NCBI RefSeq assembly: GCF_030028105.1
Contig: NC_092375.1
Span: 54,349,130-54,413,129, forward strand
Length of the DNA stretch: 64,000 bases
Direction: 5' to 3'
Source of the DNA: Mobula birostris
Lineage: Eukaryota
Shown here: positions 11,537 through 23,574 of the stretch, one piece after another
How the letters are laid out: each line of letters opens with the position of its first letter
Numbering within the stretch: position 1 is the stretch's first letter
The notes under the pieces: generated by a model
What the model saw: only the letters and a program-made list of their open reading frames with translations
The model's database searches: none
What the model was told of the DNA's origin: nothing
Translations under genes and position numbers: made by a program

Positions 11537-14500
11537 TTGTGGGGGCTACTTTCCAGTATTGAATTTGTGGAATGCTGTCTGATTGCCCTAAGAATTGATT
11601 AAGTGGGTTTGTGTTTTAGCCTGTGTTAAATTATTGTCCAGGAAAATGATTAAGATACGTGGTTATGGCATGACAGGGATTAAGTGTTGGTGTGATTCAA
11701 AGAGATTACCCATAACTAATCAACACACATAGAATGCTGGAAGAACTCAGTGAGCCAGGCAGCACCTGTGGAAAAAAGTACAGTCGACGTTTCCTGCCAA
11801 GACCCTCTGGCTGGACTCATCTTCCACCTATCTCAGTCCTGCCGAAGGTCTTGGCCCAAAATGTTGATTGTTCTTTATTCCATAGATGCTGCCTGGCCTG
11901 CTGAGTTTCTCTAGCATTTTGAGTGTGTCGCTTGGATTTGCAGCATCTACAAATTTTCTCTTGTTTGTGATTTGCTAACTCGTAACTAATGCTTGTGTTC
12001 TGAGCTAGGTGGATATCTGCAGCCCAGATAAATTGTTGTTTAGGGTTTTAAGTACTTTTGGAGCATTAGGGAAAGTCATGGTCATTGACCAAACAGCGGG
12101 GAAAGATGTGGTGTTAGTTCAGACTAGCACTGATGTGGCATCAATGGATCTGGCTGTTACCCTTAAGAATATCCAGCAAGGCGGGGCCTTGGGCTTTCAG
12201 AGAGAGGAGAGTGTAGGCAAGGGTGCCAAACTGGAAGACAAGTTTCCCGTAGAGGGCAGAGACTATAAAGACAAGTTGCTCTTGTTTCTGCAGAGTGAGG
12301 GGAAGAAGTTGTCTGATGTTGAAGGCCAAATGAGCCCTCCAGTGAGAGGATAAAATTTGAGTTGGTGTGGCCCCTTACATTCCTGGCGGATAAACGGCAA
12401 AGAGCACCGGCAGAGAGTCAAAGTTATCAATAGCTGAGAAAGTTCTCAGGAGTGAAACCCACCCCTGAGGGGGAGGAGGAATATGAGACGGGTGGAGCAG
12501 ACCTCTCGGATGCTGGATGAGCGACAGTGCTCTGATAATGTGAAAAGACAGCAGCTGGTAGAGAGTCTAAAAGGTCCGGCTGCTGAAGTACCTAGGTCCT
12601 CGAAGGCAGAGAAAACCCTTTGCTACCTCCAAGGGCTACATGCAAGTGTTAGAAAATGTTTCTGTCATGACAGGAAATCCAATGGAGCTTACGACGGAAT
12701 TTAGGAGCGTGTTTCAGGAGAAAAGGGAGAAATTTACTGCCTACATTTTCTGGCTAGAGAGACAGCTGCTTTGCTTGTGGCGTAAAGCGGCCATCCAGCT
12801 GGCTGAGGTGAATCAATTCAGAATGGATGAAGTGGCGAAGGGCGCACAGTCACATGACATGATTGCTTTAAGCATCCTACTGTTTCATAAGACCTGCCCC
12901 CGCCATTTGTTGAGCTGATTAGAGAAGTAAGAGAGGAGGAAAATGCAATTGAGAGGCGGGAGGCCTCCTTCAGTGGGGCACAGTCCTTGGTAGTAACCTC
13001 TGTTGCTGAAGCAACCCCCAATGCCACACAGGCAGGAGTTTTGCAGGATTTCATTAAAGATTTGAGAGCTGAGGTATCCTGCTTGATGTCGACAGGTGCT
13101 GTCATCAAGCATGACAAAGCCGATAGGGAGCCGGACCCACCGATGGGATGTATGAAGCACAGGCCTGCTGTTGACCGGGGTCCCTTGAAAAGGGGAGTGA
13201 CTGGTATTGTCTGTTACTACTATGGTGCGGAGGGACACTTCAAGCGGGAATGTGAAGGACGGGAAAACCTTCAGAAAGTGAGCCCATAGTTATTGAAACA
13301 GAAGGAGAAGTCGGGAAAATTCGGAGAGACCTAGTGAGGGAACGGCCTGGCGTCTCAGGGGGAACACATTCCAATTAATGTATCAAGGAAAACACTAAAG
13401 TGCAAAATCCTATTCCTGAAGCTCCAGTGTATCCCTAAAGATTGAGGGTATTTAGGCGAGAGCCATACTTGACCCAGGGTCTCAGCTTACTCCGCTGTAC
13501 AGGTACTTCTACAACCAGTATTTGATGCATTTACCATTGACTCCACTCAGTGCCCTAGAGCTCTGGGGCCTTAGCACTGATGCCTACCCGTATGATGGTT
13601 ACTTGTCATTGAAGCTGGAGTTTTCGGAGGCAGGTATGTAGTAGCTGAGGTCCTTGATATGTTAGTGTTTGTCTGTCCGGACCCAGACGAGGAGGGTGAA
13701 GCTTCAGTTCTTGTGGGAACAAATACTCTTATAGTGAGAAGCCAGCAAGGAGAGATTGAGAGAGAGTATTCTGAAAAACTTGTCCATTCACACGGTGCTC
13801 AGAGCTGGTTTTGAGGAAGTGAAAGCCTATCCTAAGCTGGATGGTGAACAGAAATGAGGAACTGTGTGGTATACCCAGTCCAAACCCGTCACGTTATGGC
13901 CTGGGGAAGTAGCTGGAGTGACCGGAAATCCCAAGTTTCCTGGAATGTCTGATGCCGAGGCCCTCCTGTTGGATGCTGCAGAAGACCACAAAGAGGAACC
14001 ACACTTACTGGCTGGGGTATTAGTGAGGCCTGAACTGCAGAAGCCGTCGATTGTACAGGGAAACAAGATGATAGTGATGTTCAGGAACACCTTGCAGAGG
14101 GAGGTTACCCTCAGGTGGAGAATGCTGATGGCACTTTTTTTTTTCCCGGTGACTGTAATGTCTAGTTTTCCTGTGAGAAAAGCAGGAGAGAGACCATCTC
14201 CTGGAATAGGAAAGTTGACAGCCAAGTCATTCAACCTTGGTGACTCCCCGGTGCCTGGAGCTTGGAAAAGACGACGGATGGACAAGGTGTTAAAGTTTGA
14301 AGATGTTTTTTTCTACTGATGAGTTTGATGTGGGTTGTTCCAAGAGTACTCGCCCCACCATCAAAGTGACAAAGGACACCCCTTTCAGAGGAAGGTCTCG
14401 GCGAGTGGCGCATACCCAGAGGTGGAGGACATTCTGCAGCAACTGCAGGAGCTGGGATTACCACTGAGTCCAGGAGTCCCTGTGTGTCATCCATAGTGGT

Positions 14501-17500
14501 GCTGAGTAAGAAGAATGGGAAGGTACAAATGTGTGTTGAATATTGGACACTGCACTGAAGCACAGTCCCCAACCAGAACACAGTTGCAAGGATTGAGGCC
14601 ACACTGGCCTGACTGGGTGGAGTGAAATGGTTCAGCGTGCTGGGTATTATCAGATATCCATGAGTGAGACTGGCAAGAGAAGGCGGCATCCATATGTTCA
14701 CTCTTTCGGTTTGAAAGGATGCAGGCCAATCAAGAGCACCAACTACTTCCCAGCATGTCATGGATAGAACTGTAGGGGACACAAAGTTGCTTGAGATGCT
14801 GGTTTTCCCGGATGATCTCATGGTGTTCAGGTCCACCTTAGAAGAGCACGAGGTGAGGCTCCTGAAGGTGCTAGGCCACCTGAAAGCTAAAGGGTTAAAA
14901 CTGTCATTGGACAAGTGCCAGTTCTGAAAGACATCTGTCGACTATGTTGGGCCCATAGCCATGGTGTGTCAAAGATAGAGGCGGTGACCACATGTTCTTG
15001 GCCTGTGACCATGAGTGCTCTTTGCTCGTTCCTTGGATTCTGTGGGTACTATCGCAGGTTCATGAAGGACTACTCCAAAGTGAGTCACCCTTTGATTCAG
15101 CTTCTGTGCGGTTCTTGGGGAAGAAAGGGAGGAGGATGAAAGGAGAAGATGGTGAGGTTTACCATAGCCTTTTGGAGCAAGATGGGATGCAAAATGCAAA
15201 GAGGCCTTTCAGTTGCAGAAGGAGCTACTAATGAAAGCACCTGTGTTGGCTTTTGCGAACCCCCAATTGTCTTAAGTTTTGCATACAGACACCAACAGAG
15301 AGGTCTTAGGTGACGTTCTCTATCAGGATCAGGGCACAGGGTTGAGACCCGTTGCTCTTGTCAGCTGGAGTCTGTCACCCTCTGAGCGAAACTACCCCAA
15401 GCACAAATTGGAGTTTCTGACATTGAAATGGGTTGTGGTGGATAAGTTGAATGATTATCTATATGGTGTCAAGTTTGAGCTGAGGACTGACAACAATCTA
15501 TTGGCTTCTCTCCTGACCTTGATGAAATTGGATGCCACGGGCCGTTATTTGCTGACGGGGTAGTCTGCTTATGATTTCAGCCGGGGAGCCAGTACATTGA
15601 TGCGGATGCATTGTCCCGACATGCGCATGAAGGGTTGGAAATGGACGGAGAGTGGGAGAGCGTTCCTGCCTCTGGAGTTAAAACAATGTGCCAATTTTCA
15701 GCCACGGAGAAGTCAGAGGCAAGGGCAGGGCAGAATCAAGCTGCGGATCATTTGGGAGCTTCTGATTGCACCGTTTCACAAGTCTACAACCTGGCTGCTC
15801 TGAACATGAAGCAGTTGCCCGCATTGAGTCCTGGGGAAGTGGCTGCTGCTCAGTGAGATGACCCTTGTATAGGTACCATCTGGTCAGCCATTGCCAACCG
15901 ATGATATGGCCCAAGTTGAAAAGACAAAACTCCCTGGCACACCTCTGCTGCTGAGAGAATGGAACAAACTGGAGTTGAGGAACCGGTGTCACGTCTTCTC
16001 CAGACAGACCTTGGCATTCCCAGTTGATTTTGTCTGAAAGGCATCAGAGGATTGTGTTGAAGTCACTTCATGATGATTCAGGTCATTTCTAATTTGATGG
16101 ATCCTATGGATTGGTCTGAGATTGGTTCCACTGGCCCCGAATGAACCCTGAGGTCGAGGAGTGCTGTAGGTCGTGCACTCGATGTATTTGGAGGAAGATG
16201 CTGCCTATGAGGGCCTCTCCTTTATCCCATTTACAGAGCACGGGCCACCTCATCTGGTATGTATGGATTTTCTCTCCCTAGAGCCTGATTCCAGTGACGG
16301 TGAATGCCTGGGTTATTACTGATCACTACACCAGATTTGCTCAAGCCTTCCCTACAAAGGGTCAGAGTGTGTCCACCATGGCCGAGGTGTTATGGGAGAA
16401 GTATTTTGTTCATTATGGCCTTCCCAGATGGATACATGGCAATCAGGGAAGAGATTTTGAGAGTTGGCTCATACATGAGTTACTGAGCATGCCTGGAGTC
16501 GAGAAGTTGAGGGCTATGCTTCATCACCTGCAAGGTGATCCCCAGCCCGAGAGACTCAAACAGACATTGCTAGACATGCTCAAAACTCTAGAGATCAGCA
16601 AGAAGAACAAATGGAGTCAGCATATTGGGCATCTGCTCCACTGCTACAACTGTACACAGAATGAAGTTACTGGATACTCGCCATATTATTTGATGTTTGG
16701 GCACAGAGCAAGATTGCCTGTTGACCTTTGTTTTGAAACTGCTGTGGAAGATTTGCCACAGAAGACCTACCTTAAGTATGTGGCTGACATGAGGAGGAAA
16801 TTGCAAAAGGCTTATGAACTAGCAGAGGTCTTTGCTACCAAGCAGGATCAAGGAAATAAGAGGAGACATGAACAAAAGATTAGGTTCTCCTAACTGATGC
16901 CTGGAGACAGGGTTTTCATAATGGATTTGGGGCTAACAGGGAAGCATAAGTTGGCTGACCAGTAGGTGGCTATACCTTATGTGGTGGAGAGTCAGATGCC
17001 AAATGTGCCAGTTTTCTGGGTGAAGCCAGAAGACAGGAATGGACCTGTCAAAATTCTCCACCGGAACCACCTTCTACCTCTAGGACAAGAGAAACTTTTT
17101 GACCCAGAGCCTGACATGGACCCTACGCCTAGTAGGAGGACTCGGCACCAACTTAGGAGAACAGAAAGGCAATCGGTGGAGAGACCTGAAGGGGGCTTAA
17201 CAACTGAATGATGTACAGACTCAGAAGATGAGGAAATAGGGATGTGTTATATGTTACTTTATGCAAACTCCCCAATAATCGATAAAGAGATTCCCGAACC
17301 TCCCCACACTGATGTCGATGTAGCTGGGGGACTAGGCGGTGGACAGGCAGGCTTGCAGTTGGACAATGAAGGGAAACTAGGCCCCAAAATAATTGGTGAT
17401 GAAGCTGAGATCAGTCGAGTGACCGGGGGACCTGAGTTGCCAGATGGCATGAGTACTGGACAGGGGGAGGCCTCTCGAAGTAGACAGGAAGGATTCCAAG

Positions 17501-17649
17501 CGGTGTCTGAGACAGAACAAGTAGATGATGTGATAAGGAGTCAGGAAACCCTCAGATAGGCTGGCATATGTTGTGCCAGGGGAACAGAGTGTTATGCCTA
17601 TCCCCCGAGTGAGATATGTCACTAACATTGACAAATGGATTGGCAGTCC

Positions 17650-18480
17650 TGACTTAGAAACATAGAAACATAGAAAACCTATAGCACAGTACAGGCCCTT
17701 CAGCCCACAATGCTGTGGCAAACATGTACTTACTTTAGAAATTACCTAGTGTTACCCATAACCCTCTATTTTTCTAAGCTCCATGTACCTATCCAGGAGC
17801 CTCTTAAAAGACCCTCTCGTATCTGCCTCCACCACCATTGCCGGCAGCTCATTCCACGCACTCACAACTCTGCATAAAAAACTTACCCCTGACATCTCCT
17901 CTGTACCTATTTCCAAGCACCTTAAAACTGTGTCCTCTTGTGCCAGCCATAAGTGGTGTGCCACATGGATCAGTGTTGGGTACACTGTTGTTAGTCAGAT
18001 ATATATTTTATGGTCGTATATTAATGATATGGATGAAAAAGTACATGACATAATTAATAAGTTTGTAGATGACACCAACATTTGTGGTGTAGTGGATAAG
18101 GAAGAAGGTTGTCTGTCACAATGGGATTTGGACAATTGGGAAAATGGGCAGAGGAAATGGCAGGTAAAGTTTAATACACACAGGTGTAAAATGATGTATT
18201 TTGGTAAGTTAAACTAGGACAGGGCTTACACAGTGAATGGCAGGGTCCTGGGGAGTGTTACTGAACAGAGAGACCTAGGGGTACACATACATAGTTTCCT
18301 GAACATACAACACATTAGGACAGGTTGTGAAAAAGGAGTATGGCATACCTGCCTCTTGAATACATGAGTTAGGATGTCACATTGCAGTTAATTGCATAAA
18401 ATATTAATTAGAATGTATTAGGATTATTATGTGCATGCAAAAATGTTGTAATTAAGCTGGAGATGGGGCACTCACAAAAT
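17650..18480. mobile_element. CR1 fragments inserted before the 3' LTR
   Basis: Minus-strand CR1 tail (AGAAACAT repeats; WNELPAMVVEADT) followed by a plus-strand RT piece (KFVDDTNICGVVD). Confidence 0.8.
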
Positions 18481-18536
18481 TCCTTTGAAAACTGTATTAA
18501 TAAGGAGTGGTTGATAAACTTTTGGTGGGAGGGGAG

Positions 18537-19294
18537 TGTAATGCCCTGGTAAAAGTTTTACTGCTAATGTTGCAGGGAATTTCATGTAATAGTTTTTTTT
18601 GTAGAAGCAGTGTGTTCTACTGGCAGTATTTGGGTTACCGTTAAAGATAAGGGATGCTTCGGAATGTATGTGTCATCGACTCAGGAGGGTGGAACTGGGA
18701 GAAGACTCCAGAGAACGCCGGGGGAGCAGCTTTTGTGACCAGACACTGGTGCAGGTCGACATCTTTTTTGGTGGGAGATAGAGAGAGAATATGCTAGAGA
18801 GAACTGGCTGTAGGATTTGATCAGGTGGGAACATACGGTCCAATGGAGCCCAAGAGGGGAACTTCTACTGGGGAGCAGTGAATTTGAGTTGGTGCAGTGA
18901 GTACACATCAGACACAATGGTTTTTGGAAGATTTGAGCTCCAACTGTGCACATTTGACTGTTTAGTTATAATGGGTCCTTTTTAAAATTTTTTTTCTTTC
19001 TTTTCTTGAATAACTCTATGGTTAAGTTAACAATCATAAATATACTCTCCTTATGCAGCATACAATCTGTTATTTCTTGCTGACGGGCGATTGCATGGGG
19101 CATTAAATCACACAGTATTCACACAAACAGCATGTGGGTAGGCGAGACATCCCAACCTTGTGGGCTTGACCGGACCAAAGTCGTAGACACCCTAGACATG
19201 TGGAGCTTGAGGAAGGTGGGTTTCTTGCCATGGAGTCAAGTGGCTGTTAACGAAGGGCTAATGGGCCTCTTTTCCAGAGACACCCAGTAAAAAG
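18537..19294 (+). repeat. 3' LTR (right end truncated by CR1)
   Basis: TGTAATGCCCTGG directly after the PPT; colinear with the 5' LTR. Confidence 0.85.
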
Positions 19295-19602
19295 AATGGG
19301 ATGTCTCTGTTAGGTGGAGAGATTTGGTAGGCTGGGTTTACTTCACCTGAAATGGGGAATGGGGGGACCTCATCAAAATGTACAAAATTATGAGGAACTA
19401 AATCGGGTAGACAGTGGTAAACCTTGCCACACAACATTGCATTTATAACCAGAGAGCACAGACTTAGGTGAAAACTAACAGGTTTATGTGGAGTATAAGG
19501 AAGAATTTTTTTCTCCCAGAGGGTGATTGGAGCTTGGAATGCAGTGTCTGAGAGGGTGCTAATCTCACAGTATTTAAGAAGTATCTAGAAGACCACTTAA
19601 AT

Positions 19603-22508
19603 CAATGGCTCCCAAACATTTTCGGGTTACCGCCCCCTTTTTGCCTATTACATAAAATCTGTAAAGAATTTTGATTTATGATGCACAGTGAAAGAAAATA
19701 GGATGAACTGCAAATTCAAAGCTGTGGCAAATAATTGCAAAAATTATCAAATCTACTTAAAGCTACAAATAAAATTATTTCTTTATTCAATTGCAGTAAA
19801 AACTATTTTCAACAATTTTAGAGTGTGCATTAGTAGTCCAACTATTAACTACTTCATTGCTTTTCAATGGGCTTGGCGCAGTGATATCAGCTTCTCAACA
19901 TCAGGTTAAATATCACTCAGAAGGAGTCTCAGATCCCCATATTCAGTAGTTTGCATTCCATTTCATTGCTTTGAAAGAAGTTGGGCAACTGCGTTGAAGT
20001 TGTGCTCCACTCAATGTGACGTTGGAAAGGCAATAAAGAACGCCTTACCCTTTTTCCACTGTGGAGGATTGTGTTCAGAGTTACAGAGTTCAAAGATACA
20101 AAGTTTCGAAGGACATTTATTATCAAAATATGTATTTAGTATACAACCCTGAGACTTGTCCTCCTGCAGAAAGCCAGGGGAAAAAAAACCCATGAAATCT
20201 ATTTAAAGAAAATATCAAACATCCAATTCATGAACAAAGAACAAATCATGCAAACAGCAAAAAAGGAGGCAAATAACATGCAGAATATTAAGCACAATCT
20301 GCATAGTCCCCAAAATGGTCCAGGAGTGAGAGACACTGAGTCAGTTCAATTTAGCGCTGTGTTAAACTTGGTTCCACACCAAAGCACTTAGATCGAATTG
20401 TGCAAATAACAAAAAAAGAACAAAATAACATAAACTCATGGAACATGAACTGCAAAGTCCTCCAAAACAAGTCCACAATCACGGATTGCATTCAGTGCTG
20501 AGGACATTAAACATCAAACCGCAAAGTTCCCTAAAAAAGCCCCACAGCCACAAGCCATGCCACTGAGGCTTTCAAGCATACACCTTCCTCCAGCAGCATT
20601 GAGAGGGAGACTAGTCAAATGCAGGCAGGTGGTGCTGAACACCAACTCATCTTCGACTCTCATCATTGTTGATTTCTATCTTGCTTGACCTTTTAATTGG
20701 CAAGGAGTAATAGAGCTGGCCATGGATTTGCATTTCGCCATTGAGAAATGATGGCTATATACTCTGCTCCCAACCTCGCCAAATTCCCCAGGAAATAGTG
20801 AAGGTGTCAGATTGCTCAGTCGGCCCAAAAACACATAAAAAAAATTGAAACTACAGACCACAATTGATCGCAGTTCAGAAAAGAAGCATATTTAAAAGAC
20901 GAAGATGTAGAAGTAGTTTCATGAGCTAATTGCAGCATTTCACCATTCGTCACATGGGTTGCTGGCACCTTCTTCTTTCTCCAAGCAGAAGTCTTGACAT
21001 GATTATTTTTGAACCTTTGCTTCAGCTCAAAGTCATTCTGTAGTGAGATCAGTTCTTCCTTTATCCTTCCTGTTAATTCCTCATTACATGTGCTCAGGAT
21101 GGCATTTGTCACCCAATCAGGAATTTGGATTGAGAGAAAATCCTGAAGTCTCTCTAACATGTCTTTATACAGTTCACCAAGTGGATACAGTATACTTGAA
21201 GATCATCTTCTGGTATTCTTTCTTTCTCTTCCAACAGAGAGGGGCTTGGAAATTGGAAAAGGTCCACTTAAATAGGGTTAACTGTACTCAGAACCTCTTA
21301 CTGCTGGCAGAATCAGTTCTTCTCCAATTGTATGGGGTTTTCCAGATTTAGCAATGAACAATAAAATGTTATATGGAGCACATGAACCATTAGTGGTTTG
21401 TTGTGATGTTCTGACAAGCATGTTTTGAAGTGCTTTCCTTTTCTGAAATTTTTCATGAAGTGACTGAAAATAAGCCAAGTTCTTGTTTGCTTTATCAGAG
21501 TGTATTCTCTTCAAATGGTAAAAGAACCTAGCTGGTTTCATTGTCTCGTCTGAAGAAACTTTTTCACACAACAGACACATTGGCCGCTGCTGGTTGCTTT
21601 GCGCTGGTATAAATCTATGTTTTCAGACACTCCACACCATACTGTCTACACTTCTTTATTGTTTGATCCAGTTCTGCCATTTTTGTTATGGATTAATGAT
21701 CATGGTCAATCACCTGTTGCAGGGGTGGCCAACCTTTTACATTCCATGCATCAATTTTTTCACTCACAAGTTCAGATGCACCATACAACTCTTGTACCCC
21801 CATTCAACTCTTGTAAAAATATGTTAATATAGAATTCGTGCGTGAAAAAAATCGCATCTGAACGCATGCGTGAAAAAATTGACGCATGGAATGTAAAAGG
21901 TTGGCCACCTCTGACCTATTGTTTAAATCCAACATCAAGTGTTAGGATCAATAAAGTGGAAAGTTATGACTGCACATAGCCCAGGCAAACCCTGACTCTC
22001 TGCCTGAAGGTACATAAAGTGAGGCAGCAATATTTTGGTTGGCTGTGAGCTAGGGCAGATTCTGAACTTTACCTGATTGAATGCCATATCTTATTTCACA
22101 GAGATTGTGTCATTGCGCGAATACAGAATGGGAATCGTATTACATACGATAGTAAGTAGAGAATGGCAATGATAGATGGGCCGGGCCCAGAAATAACATG
22201 ATTTCTTCAGTCTAGATTTCTCATGATATGCCAAATATTGAAGTGTCACATTATTTTTCAACGACTAGAACACACTTTGAGCAAAGTACAAGAGAATGGT
22301 GGGTTAGCAAGAGCTAAGGTGATTATTGTAATCAATTATGAGGCAGTGAGGTTCAAGTGCTTATAGTAGGTAATTCCTTGCTTAAATTAAGCCTGTAGTC
22401 TCTCAGCTACCCCCCTTGCTACCAAGCGCCCCTTCACTGCCCCCTTTATCTTCATTGTCCCCTTAGAAACTCCCAATGCCCCTGGGGGAAGGCGATATGG
22501 AACCATTG
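19603..22508 (-). mobile_element. Decayed hAT transposon of the Buster group
   Basis: TIRs CAATGGcTCC (19603) / GGAACCATTG (to 22508); 8-bp TSD ACTTAAAT (19595-19602) / ATTTAAAT (22509-22516) with central TA; transposase remnants CLLCEKV..MKPARF..HL..IAKSGKPHTIGEELILPA and EELISLQND; ATG at 21678-21680. Confidence 0.85.
21720..21913. mobile_element. Palindromic hAT MITE nested in the Buster element
   Basis: Long TIR CAGgGGTGGCCAACCTTTTACATTCCATGC at both ends; 8-bp TSD ACCTGTTG / ACCTATTG. Confidence 0.9.
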
Positions 22509-23069
22509 ATTTAAATCATCAACATGTAGAAATTCATGGACTAAGTGCTGGTAATTGGAATAGTAGAGCTGAATACTTATTAGTTGGCATAGACAGAGTG
22601 GACCAATTCAGTCCTCAGGTCTGAAAAGGAAAGGCTACAGTATCAGCAGATACTTTGTATTCTTCCAAAATTCCCAAGTTTTCCTAAATTTATTAATTCA
22701 AGGCATATAATCTCACTACGATGAGCAGCATGTACAGTGCACCCTTAATTACTCTAAAATAAAGAGGGATTTAACAGTCTACTATATTGGTCCATCTGGG
22801 AAAGACTTGGTAAGGATGGCAGATTTAATTTCATCAAGGACATCAATGAACCAGAAGCATTTTTACTTCAGTCTGGTAGTTTCACAACCACCACTTCTGA
22901 TACTATTTTCAAGAAAATTTGGTTAATTACTTGCATTTTAATTCTACACCTGTATTATGGATTCAATAGCAAGCCTTTAAATCTTGCTCCTTGGCCAGTA
23001 ATTTAATTGCTAAAAGCACTAGCTAATTCTGGAAATATCCCAACTGATTGGAAATGACACAATGTAGCA

Positions 23070-23278
23070 GCCAGCTGGTGGTGTAGTGGCATCAGCGCTG
23101 GACTTCAAGGCAGATGATCCTGAGTTCAAACCCAGCCGGGTCCCAACTTGGGCAGCAGCAGTATCTGTGTGGAAGGCAGGCCTGGCAATCTACTTTCATG
23201 GCAATCTTGCCATGAAGGACATATGGTCCATGAGGTCATATTGAGTCGGACTCAACTTAACAAATGAACAACAACAAA
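23070..23278 (+). mobile_element. tRNA-derived SINE with RTE-type tail
   Basis: A box TGGTGTAGTGG, B box GAGTTCAAACC; 3' end GAGTCGGACTCAAC..GAACAACAACAA resembles RTE/BovB tails. Confidence 0.7.
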
Positions 23279-23574
23279 ACTCCTACTATGAAACTATGAA
23301 TAGGGAACTATGGCCAATTATCTTCACATCCATCATTGGGAAGATGTTGCAATCCATTTAGACTTTGTGAATGCAATAAGCAGTGTAGATAAATTGGAAC
23401 AAATAGATGTAAAATGATTTTTTTTGGCACTTATATAGTTACTGCATTTGTTTCCAAGAATATATATACAAAGCTTATTGGTTGTGTTATTTTAAAGGAA
23501 GTCCATTAATTTTTTTTTTGAAAGTGCAGATTCTAATAATTTGACATGGCACTGACAACAGCTCAACAAAGAGC

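Larger units (their letters stand above)
10667..19294 (+). mobile_element. Decayed Gypsy LTR retrotransposon with PNMA-like gag and both LTRs
   Basis: Homologous LTRs at 10667-11536 and 18537-19294; PBS-like TGGGGGCT at 11540-11547; PPT GGTGGGAGGGGAG at 18524-18536; gag LRKFSGVKPTPEGEEEYE..KRQQLVESLKGPAAEV; knuckle CYYYGAEGHFKREC; RT, RNase H (YPKHKLEFL..LRTDNNLL) and integrase (ITDHYTRFAQAFPT; GDPQPERL..TLLDML) remnants. Confidence 0.9.

Noticed and set aside
20049-20058. Minus-strand 10-nt micro-exon (cag|TGGAAAAAGG|gtaagg)
   Set aside because: It would shift the frame relative to the phase-1 terminal exon and lies within a transposon.
23070-23140. tRNA gene
   Set aside because: It has A and B boxes but no complete cloverleaf and continues into a SINE body and tail.
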